Positions 27,311 through 41,084 are shown, numbered from the stretch's first letter. The stretch: DNA of 64,000 bases from Cyanophora paradoxa CCMP329 (GCA_004431415.1 QPMI01000137.1:5870-69869), one strand, 5' to 3'. The notes: generated from the sequence alone by a model not told the origin. Translations and numbers: made by a program.

Positions 27311-28776
27311 TCATACAGACACAGCGAAGCGCTCCTTGAGCTCATCGCATGCCGGGGTCGGGTATGTCCACGCCTTCTGCACCATGGAGTCGCGCTCCTG
27401 TCCTCTGTACGACATCTTTTCGCGCACCCTGAAGGCGTCAGCCCTCGCAAGGGCTTGGCGCGTGTCGCTCGCACCTGCGCCTCTTGCACCATGCGCCGTT
27501 GGTAGTGGCGCTCCCCTATGCACTCGTTACGCTTCGCCTTGATGTACGCGTCTGCCGGGCGGCTCGAAGAAGCTCGAACGAGACCCATGCGAGAGGGGCA
27601 GGGGACCTTCAACAAGATCCTCTATTCTCTGCAGCATTCCCGCGTCCCGCCCCCACTCTCGCATGAAATCCTGTGAGCGCAAGTACATCGCGCGTGTGAG
27701 AGGAGCCGCGAGGCACCGCATTGACGCCCCCTTTCTCTCGGCTTCGGGGCACACCGGCTTCACGAAGTAGATGATACCGTTCTGTTCGGGATCGAACGTG
27801 AGGCGCGCGACTCTGCAGAGACGCGAACAGCTCACCGATGTCGTGCGCTCGTTTGAGTAGACGTCCGATTTAGAAAGCGAGACGGGACTATCGGGGTTCG
27901 CGGGCTGGGAGAGGAAAGAGAACAGGACTAGGAACAGGAGAGGGAGGAGCTGCAGGAGGGGGAGCCACTGGTTCTGCTGGTTGCCGACGCCGTGCGCAGA
28001 GTGACCCTCCGAGCCGTCGCTATGATGCCTGTAACGCGGGCCTTGGTGCCGCGTGTAGAATCGCACGCCTATAATACGCCCGCAGGACGATCAGCGAGAA
28101 GGTAGCCATGCGCCTCGCGCGCGGGCTGCACCTTGCGGGCCCACTGCGCGCGATGGCGCGGGGCATCGTCAGGCGGGGCGGACAAAGACGAGGAAGGGGG
28201 ACGGTCCCAGAGGGGCGGGGCCAATGGGGATCAGGGCCACGGCTGCGCACTTCCGAAGAACATGTTGAAGAGGTCTTCTGGCGAAATGACGTCCTCCTGG
28301 TACGCTGCTGCGGTGCGCCATCAGTCGCAGCATGTGCACACTGTGAGCTGCACACCGTGGGATCTCCGGAACACAGGCCGCTGGGGCTCGTCGAAACCAA
28401 ACTGCACAAGCGCCCTTAGGCGTTAGCGCGGGCCCCACTTCGCGCCTGTGCGTCGAACCTGGTCATAATGCGCGCGTTTGTTGGGGTCGCTCAGCGTCGT
28501 AAACGCGTTCGAGATCTCCTTGAAGCGCTTCTCGGCTGGAAAACAGTTAGGCGGGTCGCACGACGCGCGGTGCGGTGCATCTGGCGGACCCTCTTCTTTG
28601 TTGTTCGGATTCTTGTCCGGGTGCCAGCGCAGCGCCTCTCGCCGATACCTGCGAGTGCGTGTGAAAGGTGCGTGCTAGCACAGGCGCGCGGGAGGCATCG
28701 GACGCAACGCTTTCTTCAGCTCCTCCTCCGAGGCCCCGCGCTGCACACCCAGCACCTCGTAGAGGTCGCGGGGCAT
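27311..28776 (-). CDS. ER-membrane J-domain protein, DnaJB12/14-like (J domain, TM, DUF1977-type C-terminus)
   Basis: [75 protein letters not shown]. Confidence 0.9.
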
Positions 28777-29145
28777 CGCTCCGAGCGCGACGAACTCAGA
28801 CCGCGGCTACTTCACCTACGACCTGTAGCTAGAGCCCGCTTCTCGGAACTTGAGCTCGAGGCTGGTCCCGTCGACGTCGCCGGCGCCACGCGCACGAACG
28901 CTAGCTATGTGAGCTCCGGTACCCCTAGACGTCCCCCTGCGATCCCTGTCCCCCTGCACGGATACGCTCGCCATGGCCATATATATATAGCGTGGGTGTC
29001 TCTGATTGCGATACGATTAGGCCCTGAGGGGATGGGCGTCTCTCTGATTTCGATTACGATTAGGCCCTGAGTGGCTGATATAGGGGGGAGCATGATCACG
29101 TATGTGCGCAGCGGGCTTTGTACACGCGAAGGACAGCGGGCTTTC

Positions 29146-31335
29146 CTACTTTCCGTAAGATCCATGCATGGGGGGGCGTGCCTCGTTGATGAGATCTATC
29201 TTCTGCGCCTGCTGGAAGGTGACCATTGCTGTGCGGAAATGTCAGCTGCCCGCTGCTTGCAGCGTAAAGAGCGGACGGACCCTCCCGGATCGCTTGCGGG
29301 CCCGCCTGCAACAGGCCCATTGGCAGCTTGTTTCCCGTGAGAAGCCCCTTCAGTGCGAGAACGGTTTCTGCTTCCTCCCTGCGAGAACATGAGCTCAGAC
29401 CAAAGAAGGCGGCATGTAGACGCACCGGAGAGTCTTGTACATCTTGACCCACTTGGTAACGGCCTTGACCTTGGCCTTGATTCGCTCCCGACGCTGCTCC
29501 GGTGTCTCGTTTGCGAACTGGAGTGCGGTGAGAGAGAGCAGGATACCATGCCCGGCCCCCGGACCTCATCCATGCCGTCGTCTTCGGGGGCCTCCCCGTC
29601 CTCCTCCTCGTCCTCCTCCTCCGAGACCATGCTCATGATCGTGAGCAGCATCTCCGTGACTGGGGCGAATTTAGCTGGTCGTGCATCACACGAGCACCGA
29701 AAGAAGCATACCCTTCTCGGCCACGAACGGAAGGGACCAGGAAAAGACGTCCATGAAGTTGGGAAGGGAATAGGGGTGCGGGGATGAGTTGAACTGCCGA
29801 ATGTTGAACAGGTTGTCGGCGAACTTGAGCACTGCCGCCTTGTTCCGATAAACGTCGCAGTAGTTTGGTGCCGAAAAGAGCGTGATGACTGTCGGGAACT
29901 CTGTCGCTTCGCGCTTCCGATATAGCTTGTACCCCTCGTCCTGCGCCTCGTGCGCACGGAGAATCGACAACAAGCCGTTGTCCTCCAGGAAATTGCACGC
30001 TGCAGTATATCTGCCGGCATATCAGCTATCTGAAAACCGGATTATCGCGCAGCCCGCACCCAAAGTAGTACGAGCAGCCGCGGACATGGTTGTGAACGAA
30101 GTCCACACCATACGAGTCCTGTGTCTCGTCCAGCGGGTCCGCCCAGAGCAGGTCACTGTAGCGCGAACAGCTTTCATTTTCTAAACTCAACGGCTCACGC
30201 AAGCACATGCACCACATAGGCCCACTCGGTGGTGGCTCACGGAAGCGGTAGATCTTTGTAATGTCCTCGACCTGTGTAGCAAAGTTCCTAGAGTACATCC
30301 GAGAGAAAAGAAAACAAGAAACAGCGAACGGTCTTAATGTCGGGGGAGAGACCTCCGTGGACGCAGAAAAACTTTCCATCGAGGTTGGCCGCCAGGGGCA
30401 GGCAGTCAAACGATTCCATGAACTCATCGTACACTTTCAGATCGTATTTGTGCTTGCCTGTTCATCTCTGATCAGAGGCAACAACGGGAGACTCCGTTCG
30501 AACGGAGGATATTGATCAGGGCCCACATTCGATCTTGAAGTTGAAATAGTCTGTGAGGTGCCGGCACTCGTGGTTGCCGCGGAGCATCCAGATTTGCTTC
30601 GGGTAGTTGATCTTCAGGGCATACAGGTACAAGCACACCTCCGAAGAAAACGAGCCACGGTCCACGTAATCGCCGAGGAACCTGCGAGTACGCCTCGGCG
30701 AGACGGAAGTGCGAGGCGTCGAGCGAATGCGCACAGATAGTTTGTCTCCGGAATGGCGCCACCGACCTCAAAAAGCTTAACAAGATCGAAGAACTGGCCG
30801 TGCACGTCGCCGCAGACTGCCGAAAGAGGATCAGAAGGAAGTGCGGGCCGGCAGCCAGGCCGAAGGAAGCGCACCGGTGATTGGAGATTCAACGATGAGC
30901 AGGTTTGGCTCCGCACGCAGGAGCTCGGTTGCCATCTGCACGATCTTGATCGCTGCGGCAGGCTTACGTGGGTGCACGTATGCGGCGCAAGCTCGGCTAC
31001 CATAGCCAGAAGAAAGAAGCGAGGCAGCACACGAACGCACCATCCTCGCAAGTGAGCCTGCCCTCCTTCAGGAAATGCGCTTTCAAGTTCTCGGGGCTCG
31101 GTTTCCCGTCGGACTTCCACACCAGCTCCTTCGCCAGCGGATCCCGGGGCGGTGCCTGCCCTCGATAACATGAGCCACACTGCAGGTCGCGACCCAGCCT
31201 AGGCGTGGCGTTCTTCCGGCGGGTGCGGCCGGGACTTCGGTAACGCCCCGCGGAAACCCAAGCCAGCTCGCAGCGCACCTCGACCCCATGACGGTCGTTG
31301 GTCACGACGGTCGCCGCCGCCGAGGATGCCGCCAT
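29146..31335 (-). CDS. CNA: Calcineurin catalytic subunit A (PP2B), multi-exon
   Basis: [80 protein letters not shown], autoinhibitory [16 protein letters not shown]. Confidence 0.95.
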
Positions 31336-32239
31336 CGAAACCTCGTCAAAAACTGTCGGCGCTGTACCCGTCCCACTGGTGCGCCGCGCGCGGCCGTGCG
31401 CCGCGCACGGCCGTGCGCCGGGTGCGGCTGGTGCGGCTGAGAGTCGCGCCTCGGCGCTGATATCGATATGGCAGCTAGCCGACCCCGGTAGTTGCAAGCT
31501 GACCCCTTGATTCACCTTATCCACTCGTGCGGCGTAGACTAGAAACGCGTACGTCTGCGCGTAATGCGTACGTCTACGCGTACTTTCCGTTGTACGCGTG
31601 GCGTCGGCGGCCGAGCCTCGGAGCCCGAGCTTCGCTGAGCGGCCGGCGCCGAGCCCTCGGAGCCCCAGCGGTCCGACGATCCACAATTGCCACCGTGGCA
31701 CGGTGCGCATGCACGTGTACGTACGTATACGTGCAGTCGGCGTCATGATCATTATCAGCTCGAGCGCTAGCTAGCGCTCGAGCCGGCCGGACTGGCCGGC
31801 CGGGCCCGCGGCCGGGGCCCTGCTTGGCCGGCGCCCCCTAAGGAGAGTAATTATAATGCGCCCCACCGCGGACACTCAGTGACTCTGGCTAGCTAGATCT
31901 AGCCTAGTAGAGCTACGTATACGTGTATCCGCACGGCGCCGGCGTGGTGCTGCATCGCGTCTTGAAGCGGCGAGGTTTGAAGTCGGGGTGGTGGCCATGG
32001 CATGCGCAGGAGCCCCTACGTACGGGCCCTGGGGCCCGACATGGAGTCAGCCTGCGGTGGCGCCGGGAGGCGCGAAAAGGGGTCAGCCGCTGAGCCTGGC
32101 AGATCGAAATGGAAAGGTCTTGAGATCCAAATCACTGAGTCAAGGCACACGGAGTCCGATCCTCGAGACGGGAATCGAAAGCCCGGCCGACGGAAGACAT
32201 GATCCCAACCGTCACGGGGCGATGTTGAATGTCTCCGGC

Positions 32240-32893
32240 AGCGGGGCGCATGATCCCAACCGTCACGGGCGATCTCTGAGCTATCCGCCCGCAGATGTCC
32301 TCCGTCGCGCGCGCCCGCAGTCCGCAGGGCAGGGCGTCCAATTTTCAAGTCCAAGCGCACGGCGTCGGCGGCGGGATCAGCGCCGGACCCGTGCCCGCGG
32401 CGAGGCCTTTTCTTCTTCGTCTTCCGACCCCTGCGCGCCGGCGCAGGGGATCGGAGGGCGAGGGCGGTGAGGAAGCGCAAGGCCCGCCCGCGCGCGGCGG
32501 CGGCGGCTGACCTCCCCATCGCCACCGCGGAACTCCTTCTCGAATGACGAACTGCGAGCCGCGCGCGGCGGACGCTCGCCCGGCCCACAAGAACCGGTTC
32601 TGCCCCAGGCACGCGGCACGCGGCTGCACGCGCACGTGGCGGGCTCTCTGGTGGGCTCTCTGGAAGAACCAGTTATCCTCCCCGGCGTGCGCACGTGCCC
32701 ATCGGCAGAATGGAGGCTGGACGAATTCGAAAGTTGGACGAAAGTTGGACGAAAGTTGGACGAAAGTTGGACGAAAGTTGGACGAAAGTTGGACGAAAGT
32801 TGGACGAAAGTTGGACGAAAGTTGGACGAAAGTTGGACGAAAGTTGGACGAAAGTTGGACGAAAGTTGGACGAAAGTTGGACGAAAGTTGGAC
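32240..32893. repeat. Repeat family E, copy 2, ending in ~15 x 11-bp array (ggacgaaagtt)n at ~32727-32893
   Basis: Inverted match to 14080-14520; perfect tandem 11-mer. Confidence 0.9.
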
Positions 32894-32989
32894 CGTTTTT
32901 TTTTCATGTTGTTTTCATTTGGCTTCGATTTACTCACAGGTTCAACATGAGAAACCACGCAATTTTATGTATACTTTTAATTATATAGG

Positions 32990-35091
32990 TTATTCAAAGG
33001 GGTCGAAGACGGGGTCAGGGTTTGCCTCTAGCAACGTGTCCTCGGGGGCAGGCTCCTCCACCCCAGCAAGGGCTTCTGCCTCGAGGGCTCCCTCGAGCGC
33101 CGCGATGCATTCCGAAACCGGGGCCCCATCCTCCATTGCCGTCGCAACTGCCTCGACTGCCCGTTCCTGCACAGCGCTAGCGTCATTCATGGCCAGCCGC
33201 CTGTCCTCGCACCCCACTGCGGCCATGGCCTCCAGCAACCACGCACCTGGGCCTTCAGCAGGGTTGCCGCTGCCCAGGCCGCCCACCGGACCTGCCATAT
33301 CTGGGAACGGTAAAGGCTGAGAGGCGCAGAACATCGCGTGAGAGGGGAGTGGGGCGGCGCACAACGTCTTGCTTCACGATGCCCGGGCGTGCGGCTCGAA
33401 GAAAGCGATTGAGTGACGCAAAGTCTGCAGCGGCTCAGCACTGGCGGCACTCAATAAGACCGCGCAGAACATCAGAAGACAAACCGTCGCGGCCCCCGTT
33501 GGCGTTTTTAAAGGCGAGGCTCTCGGAAACGACCTGCCGCAGTGCTGCAGGGTCATATGGCGTCACCACGGCACCGAAAGGGTCCATAGACCCCCGCAAG
33601 CCAGATGATGCTGTAGCGGTCCACGAGGTCCTGAGACAGCTTTGGGCCTCTGGCTGAGCCGCGACCCGCCGGCCCAGAATGCGCGAAGCCGAGCTCCCGC
33701 CCGATTTCGGTCGGGGGCGTCAGGGGCGGCGCAAGCGTGAAACCCGCCGGCGGCTCGATCTCGACACCGCGGGCCGCCCCCGGGACGGCCGCACGCATTG
33801 CCTCCTGCACGCGTGACGCGCGGGCGGTCGTACTCATGTCGGTTCCTTGCATGGCGACTGCAGCTGGCGCAGAGGACGCCAACGGACCTGGACGCTCGTC
33901 GTGTAGCGAAGGACGGGGCGGCCGAGCAGGTAGGCCAGCGTGAAGTGTCCCGCCTCGTGACGAGCCACGCGGCGGCGATATGCGGGCGAAAGCCGCGCGA
34001 AGGAGTCCTGCGCCCTGTCGTTGACGTCGCGCGCGCCCCATGGGGTGCAAGCTGCCGGCGGACCGCTGCCAGGGCGGATAAGGAGCCTTGCAGGGCATTC
34101 GCGTCAACAGCCCAGGCCACGAGCGCGGCAAGGGTGACTCCCGCCACCAGGTAATCGTACTGGGGGAAGCGTTCCATCACGAAAGGGCCCGCGAGTACGC
34201 CAACGGCTGTACGCAACGGGTCGGCGGGCGCTCGCTCGCGGGGGCAGGGGCGCGCTCACTCATTGTCATGACCGCTACTGCAAAGAGGTTCTCTCCATCA
34301 TCCACGATCTGATGTCGGAGTTCGACGTAAAATGCGAGCAATCGGAAACAAAAATGCCAGATACCTGGTTAAGCGTCCTCGGCTCGATCCCGAGGCGCCG
34401 CAGCTCCTAAGAGAGCTCGAGCACATCAGTCTAGCTTTCTAAAGGGCCGATGCAAGCTCTTACGTGCAGCCCGACCAGCCGTGACGTCGGCATCTAAGCG
34501 CGGCAATTAGACTCGGGATTTGTGAACCTGCGCTGTAGAGATCTCTTGATCGAAGCGCACCTTCGCTCTCCCGAAGCCGCGAATCATCCCCATCCGCACC
34601 AAATCGGCGAGGAGTTGCTGCAGCTGGGCGCTGGACGTCGACGGTCCGGCGGCGCCCGAGTCGCCACTTCGCTTTGCCGCGACGTCGGATTCTACGATCA
34701 AACCAACAAGCTTCAATGCGTCCTCGGCAGCTACCTTTTCCTGCTTTCCGGAGGCCGCGGCTTTGCTTGCCACGTACAGCGCTGACTCGATTCGTTTTGA
34801 GCGCACGTACTCCGCGAATCTGTTGCCAGCAGATGCAGAAGTTCCAGCGGGCGTCCGCCGCTCTTCGGCGCTGCAGAAGGACGTCCAGTATCGCGGCCGG
34901 TCCCGGTCCAGTCCAGACGGTGCTGCGGCGGCGCTGCGCACGTGCGGCCGGCGCCGGTCCGACGGTGCTGCGCCGGCGCGCTCCCGTAGGCCGCTGCTTT
35001 GCTTGTCACATACAGCACTCTTCAACGCCGTCACCGAAGTCCTGCTGGCCAGCTCTCCTTGGAACGCTGGGCACGCGTATGCTGCGGTCAT
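32990..35091 (-). CDS. Plastid-targeted peptidase M41-like (VIR3-type) membrane protein, multi-exon
   Basis: Transit-like MTAAYACPAFQ; MIRGFG, ELRRLGIEP, TM segment, YRRRVARHEAGHFTLAYLLG (HExxH), C-terminal AMEDGAPVSECIAALE. Confidence 0.82.
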
Positions 35092-35515
35092 TTGATGATC
35101 TTGAAAGCGGCCTGCGCTTGGTGTTGTACGTATACGGCCCTGCGCTCTTGACCCCCGCCGCTCGACGTCTTCGATCCGGTACCCCCGCGGGTATGCGTGT
35201 ACGTTACCCCCCGGCCCGCACGGGCCGATATCGATCGCGAGCAATATTAATGTTTAAAAATAGAAGGTAGCGTAAAACATTAAATATTGACTGCTCCGAT
35301 CCCTCCCTCACATGCATGCATGCAGTGCTTCACGGGCGGAAAAACCACTGCTCGCGAAGCCCCTGCAAAGCCCGGATGGTCAACTGGAAAAAAGTCTGTC
35401 TTTCGTAGGACTTAGAAATGCAGCAAAGTAGACGTCATAGGAAAGTAGAAATGCAGTTGTAATTAGTCTATAGCTAACTAGATGTTTAGGCACAGCACAC
35501 GAGAGTCCTCATATT

Positions 35516-35600
35516 CTCTTCCTGGATATAGTTTTCAGTGAGGGTATGGTCGACGTTACGACTTCATTGTTGTACGGTTGTGCTAATGCAAATCAATTGC
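35516..35600. repeat. Dispersed repeat family D
   Basis: ctcttcctggatatagttttcag..gtcgacgttacgacttcattg also at 5131-5197 and partly at 2526-2575. Confidence 0.8.
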
Positions 35601-36304
35601 AACATCATCCGGCAGCAGCGCCTCTCGCCGACAGCAGCGCCCTGCGGTGCTCGCCGACGCGCTCCTGGCCCCCGGTAGCATGGTGGCAGCACTATACGGC
35701 TTTGCGCTAGCTCCCGGCGCGCGACCCATCTCGTGTGCACCGTCTTGCGACTTCCGCACAGCCAGGTCGCTCGCAAGCGCAACCAACGTTCTCAGCGTGT
35801 TAGATAAGGTCGGGATCGCACCTTGCCGCGTCCCCGGGCGAGCCGTGTGAGCTTCGGACCGTCGGCAGGCGACGAGCACCTTCGGCCGCCCGCGGGGCCG
35901 GCCGGCCGGCCGCCGCGCGCCTCATATCGATCCTACCGCTCATAGCTAGTGCAGGCATCACTAATGAGTGCGTGGTGAAGCCCTGCGCGGCCCCCCCCCG
36001 CACACTCTGCGCCCTGACCGACCCGCCGCTCGCAGGCCCTGCGCCGCCAAGGCATCTTTCGCCGTCGCGGAGGCCGCTCACCGCCCGCCTGCACCGCGTA
36101 GGCCCGGGAACGCCCCGCTTTCGTGTCCCGCCGCGCCTCAGGCAGATGCGCGCGCGTGTGCAATCAAGCACGTCATGCGGTTCCAGATGGCATGGCTGCG
36201 ACGGCGGGGCGGTTCGGGCTGCGATGTCTAGGGCCATGAGGCACATCTAGAGCACGCGCAGAGCCCGCGTACGGGCGGCGGCGCGCGCCCCCGCCGCCAG
36301 CGGC

Positions 36305-36790
36305 ACCTGCTCCAGTGGGGGGGTGGCACCTGGGAGATTTGATATCGCTACTTACTGCGAGGGCCGCCGGGCCGCCGCTAACGCAGATCGGTGCACATCT
36401 TAAAAGAGCATGCGCAGCTGGAGCGCGGCCCCGGCGCATGCATCCGCAGCGGAGATCGCCTGCTCCTCCAGAAGGCTTGGGGTGGGAGCACCTGCGCGAT
36501 TTGATTTCGCTCCACGCGGCGAGGGTTCGCCGGGCCGCCGCTAACGCAGATCGATGCTCATCTTAAAAGAGCATGCGCAGCTGGAGCGCGGCCCCGGTGC
36601 ATGCATCCGCAGCGGAGATCGCCTGCTCCTCCAGAAGGCTTGGGGTGGGGGCACCTGCGCGATTTGATTTCGCTCCACGCAGCGAGGGTTCGCTGGGCCG
36701 CTGCTAACGCAGATCGATGCACACCTTGGTAGAGCATGTGCAGATGCATCGCGGCCCCGGGGGGTGCATCCTTAGCGGAGATCGCTTGAT
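36305..36790. repeat. Tandem repeat, 163-bp unit x ~3
   Basis: gctaacgcagatcg recurs at 36377, 36540 and 36703. Confidence 0.88.
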
Positions 36791-36858
36791 CACAGTCACT
36801 GAGTCACTGAGCTAGTAGAGCTAATAAGTTTCTGGGCGACGGGCTGGCCCCGGCGGCT

Positions 36859-39800
36859 TGTGAGGGACCACTGAGCGCATTCTATACCCCCCAGGATTGT
36901 TCAATTCCGAAGGGGTGAGTTATCAGTAGTGATGGCGCGGTGCAGGGGGTTCGGGGAGCATCGCGCCCGCGCACAGAATTGGCCCACTGGGCGTAGAGTG
37001 CAATTCATCGGCCGGTGGCCCGCTCCGCCTGGGTCGCGGTCAGTGACAGTACCATCGCCGCTTAGAGGCGCACAGCCGGGGCGACAGCAGCACCGAAGAT
37101 AGAGGCGCAGCGGTTAGAAGTCGTTCGCACTGGCTCCGGCCCGCCCGCGCGCCCGCACACAAGCTCACCCGCGCCCGCGAGGTGACGGGCGGGCGTTCGA
37201 TAAGCTCTTTGCAGCTATCAGAAGCAAGTTTCAGCCGTTATGCGCACTCGGCGCGCTCACCGAAGCACAGGAGCGCGATTTGGGCGGCCACAACAGCGCA
37301 GGGGTACGGGGTACCGGAGTCGTGCGGCAGAACAAGCGTGCGGCCGAGCTTCCGGAGTCGTCATATAGCTATGGCTAGCGGCCAGTGCACTAGCTCTATG
37401 GCCGTCCTCCACCGGCGCGGAAGCTGCGCCTGCCGCAGTACAGCACCGCCGACCGTCGGACGACTTCGACCTGCGCTCGCGAGAGGACCACCAGATCGCA
37501 CGCGCGTAGTGCGCTCCGCCGCCGCCGCCGCGTAGTGCCACGCTTACCGCCGCCGCAGCGTCGTCGCCGCGCGGGACCTCGTTCCATTGAGCGAGAGCGT
37601 TTCGGTGTTCCCCCATCTGTGGACACCGTCGGTGCGCTCGGTGCGCATGGCGATGGCGCGCTCGCCGCCGCCGCCGCCTCCGGCTCGGCGTGCGGCGCGC
37701 TTGGCCCCGCACCGCAATTCTCGACGCGCGCTCGCAGGTCCTGGGGACGGCGCTGCTCTACGAGATGGGCGTGATTGACGAGCCCCTCCCCCCCGTGCGC
37801 CGATCGCCGGCCGGCCCGCCCCCGCCTCCGCCTCGCCGACGCCGGCGCAGGAGGAGGCGCCGGGCTTCGTGCTGAAGAACCTCTTCCGCATCGCCTTCCA
37901 GTGCGTCCTCGCCGCCTCCTCCACGCAGCACTACAAGCGTGCCCGCCCTGCCCCGCCCCGCCCCGGGGCCGGCCGGGGCCGCGGGCAGGCGCGCCGGGCG
38001 GCTCGTTTGACGGGGCGCAGGCGGGCGTTCACGGTGGCGCACCCCTCCTGCGGGGCGAGCTCACCCCGATGCCCGACTTCCCCCAGGGCCCCACCCGCGC
38101 TCCGCCCCGGCCCCGCCCGCCGCCTTGACGCGGCGCCGCAGACGAGTACCGGACTGGGGGGGGGGCACTACCGGAGCACGGCAACGCCGTTCGACTGGTA
38201 CTGCACTGGGCCGCCCTTCCTCGCCGCGCGGGCCAATCCCCCGGGCTCCCCGAGGCGGCCGTCCAGGGGACCGCCGCGCCGCCCGCCGCGCCGCTCGCCC
38301 GCCGCGCCGCACGCCGCGCCGCCCGCCCGCTGCGCCGTCTGCCGTCCGCCGCCCGCCTTCCGCCCTGCTTGTAGAAGATCCCTGCGCCCGCCCCGCCTTG
38401 CAGCCTCAGCCGGCGCCGCTCGCCGGGCGGGGCGGGGGGCGGGGCGGGGGGGGGGCGGGTACCGTGCTCGGCCTGGACGGCCGCCTCGGGGAGCCCGGGG
38501 GATTGGCCCGCGCGGCGAGGAAGGGCGGCCCAGTGCAGTACCAGTCGAACGGCGTTGCCGTGCTCCGGTAGTGCCCCCCCCCCCCCAGTCCGGTACTCGT
38601 CTGCGGCGCCGCGTCAAGGCGGCGGGGCGGGGCCGGGCGGAGCGCGGGTGGGCCCTGGGGGAAGTCGGGCATCGGGGTGAGCTCGCCCCGCAGGAGGGGT
38701 GCGCCACCGTGAACGCCCGCCTGCGCCCCCGTCAAACGAGCCGCCCGGCGCGCCTGCCCGCGGCCCCGGCCGGCCCCGGGGCGGGGCGGGGCGGGGCGGG
38801 CGCGCTTGTAGTGCTGCGTGGAGGAGGCGGCGAGGACGCACTGGAAGGCGATGCGGAAGAGGTTCTTCAGCACGAAGCCCGGCGCCTCCTCCTGCGCCGG
38901 CGTCGGCGAGGCGGAGGCGGGGGCGGGCCGGCCGGCGATCGGCGCACGGGGGGGAGGGGCTCGTCAATCACGCCCATCTCGTAGAGCAGCGCCGTCCCCA
39001 GGCCCTGCGAGCGCGCGTCGAGAATTTGCGGTGCGGGGCCAAGCGCGCCGCACGCCGAGCCGGAGGCGGCGCCGGCGGCGAGCGCACCATCGCCATGCGC
39101 ACCGAGCGCACCGACGGTGTCCACAGATGAGGGAACACCCAAACGCTCTCGCTCAATGGAACGAGGTCCCGCGCGGCGACGACGCTGCGGCGGCGGTAAG
39201 CGTGGCACTACGCGGCGGCGGCGGCGGAGCGCACTACGCGCGTGCGATCTGGTGGTCCTCTCGCGAGCGCAGGTCGAAGTCGTCCGACGGTCGGCGGTGC
39301 TGTACTGCGGCAGGCGCAGCTTCCGCGCCGGCGGAGGACGGCCATAGAGCTAGTGCACTGGCCGCTAGCCATAGCTATATGACGACTCCGGAAGCTCGGC
39401 CGCACGCTTGCTCGGCCGCACGCTTGTCGGCCGCACGACTCCGGTACCCCTGCGCTGTTGTGGCCGCCCAAATCGCGCTCCTGTGCTTCGGTGAGCGCGC
39501 CGAGTGCGCATAACGGCTGAAACTTGCTTCTGATAGCTGCAAAGAGCTTATCGAACGCCCGCCCGTCACGTCGCGGGCGCGGGTGAGCTTGTGTGCGGGC
39601 GCGCGGGCGGGCCGGAGCCAGTGCGAACGACTTCTAACCGCTGCGCCTCTATCTTCGGTGCTGCTGTCGCCCCGGCTGTGCGCCTCTAAGCGGCGATGGT
39701 ACTGTCACTGACCGCGACCCAGGCGGAGCGGGCCACCGGCCGATGAATTGCACTCTACGCCCAGTGGGCCAATTCTGTGCGCGGGCGCGATGCTCCCCGA

Positions 39801-39892
39801 ACCCCCTGCACCGCGCCATCACTACTGATAACTCACCCCTTCGGAATTGAACAATCCTGGGGGGTATAGAATGCGCTCAGTGGTCCCTCACA
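36859..39892. mobile_element. 3-kb foldback element: ~1.4-kb inverted arms (36859-38267 and 38472-39892) around a ~200-bp spacer
   Basis: Arms are near-perfect reverse complements; termini TGTGA..TCACA; flanks ggcggct / ggcggcc resemble a target-site duplication. Confidence 0.8.
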
Positions 39893-40602
39893 GGCGGCCC
39901 GCTCTTTTTGAGTCACAATCATTATCCGATGATCACATGTAGTTATATCACTGCTCCAAGATACAGGGTGATCCGAAGTGTTTTTGGCCCGACCGGTGCT
40001 TTGAACTTTACTCGTAGGACCCTCTGAGGCTCTCTGCAGCTGCAGCTGGTACTTTTCAGTTTTCAAGTTCCAACTTGGCAAAATGCCACCCCGACCGTCG
40101 GACCTCAGGGCCTGCTCATGATGCCTTATCAAAGTATTGAAGCATCAGCTCACTCAACAGCGGCGATTTCACTGAGTCACGTCCCCGGGGTTTTTCGAGG
40201 GTGCTGAAGACGATGGTAGTGGTACCGAAGGCCGCCAATTTAAGCCTGGCCCCAGTGGGCCTGAATTCAAGATCCAGTGCAACTTGGGGCCCCACATGCC
40301 CCCTGGACGATTCTCGCCTGCCAGGTTGTAGCCAGCGGCCGGGAAGCGAGATATACATCATTTAGAGGCATTTACAACATTCTGCATGCTTAAAAGAGCG
40401 CTCGCTTACCCTGAAGGCGCAGGCGGGGCAGGCTACTCAAGAATCACGATCTCATTATCGAGATCTCAGGACGCTGGCGAGCTACTGGCGCTCTACCGGC
40501 GGAACGCTGAACAGAGAGAGAACGCGGGCCGGAGGGAACCGTAGCCCGGGAAGGCCGCAGAGGAGGGGGGGATGCAGCCCCGCTTGGGGGGTGGTGCAGC
40601 CT

Positions 40603-40997
40603 TTCAACGAGCTTTAAGCAATTAAGGATCTTCTTTCATGCAATTCAAGAAGTGCACGAGGGGCTGGTTATATCCTGTCCTCGAAACGTTCCCGCGTGGA
40701 GAAGGCAAAGCCACCGCTGGTCCACGACTTGCGGTCCTGCGCGAAGCTGCACCACTGTCAGGCAAGCGCCAGGTGGGTGGGCACGAGCATGAAGGTGCAC
40801 GCACGTGAAGTTGCTGTCGGGGATCTTGTTCACGTGCTGCCTGAACCGGCGTGTGGAGGATTTGAAGGCCGAGGCAGCAGCCGGAGGAGCCTTGGGCCCC
40901 GGTACACTAATGTCGCCAGGCCCCAAGTTCATTGATTGGCTCTTCCGGCTCTGTCAAGCCGTCGGGAGGTGAACTTCACGATAGGGAGGGACCGGCA
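40603..40997 (-). pseudogene. Duplicated 3' part of the SHIPPO-repeat gene
   Basis: Highly similar to 44640-45032, with indels. Confidence 0.88.
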
Positions 40998-41084
40998 CAA
41001 GGAATAGAATAGAATACTTTTCTATTGATAGATAGATAGCGCCACGGAAAGTGAGCTGGCCCCGGAGTATGTCGATGGGGAGGG

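Noticed and set aside
37869-38984. 371-aa ORF across the palindrome centre
   Set aside because: It reads through introns, the GC spacer and the antisense arm; an artefact of composition.
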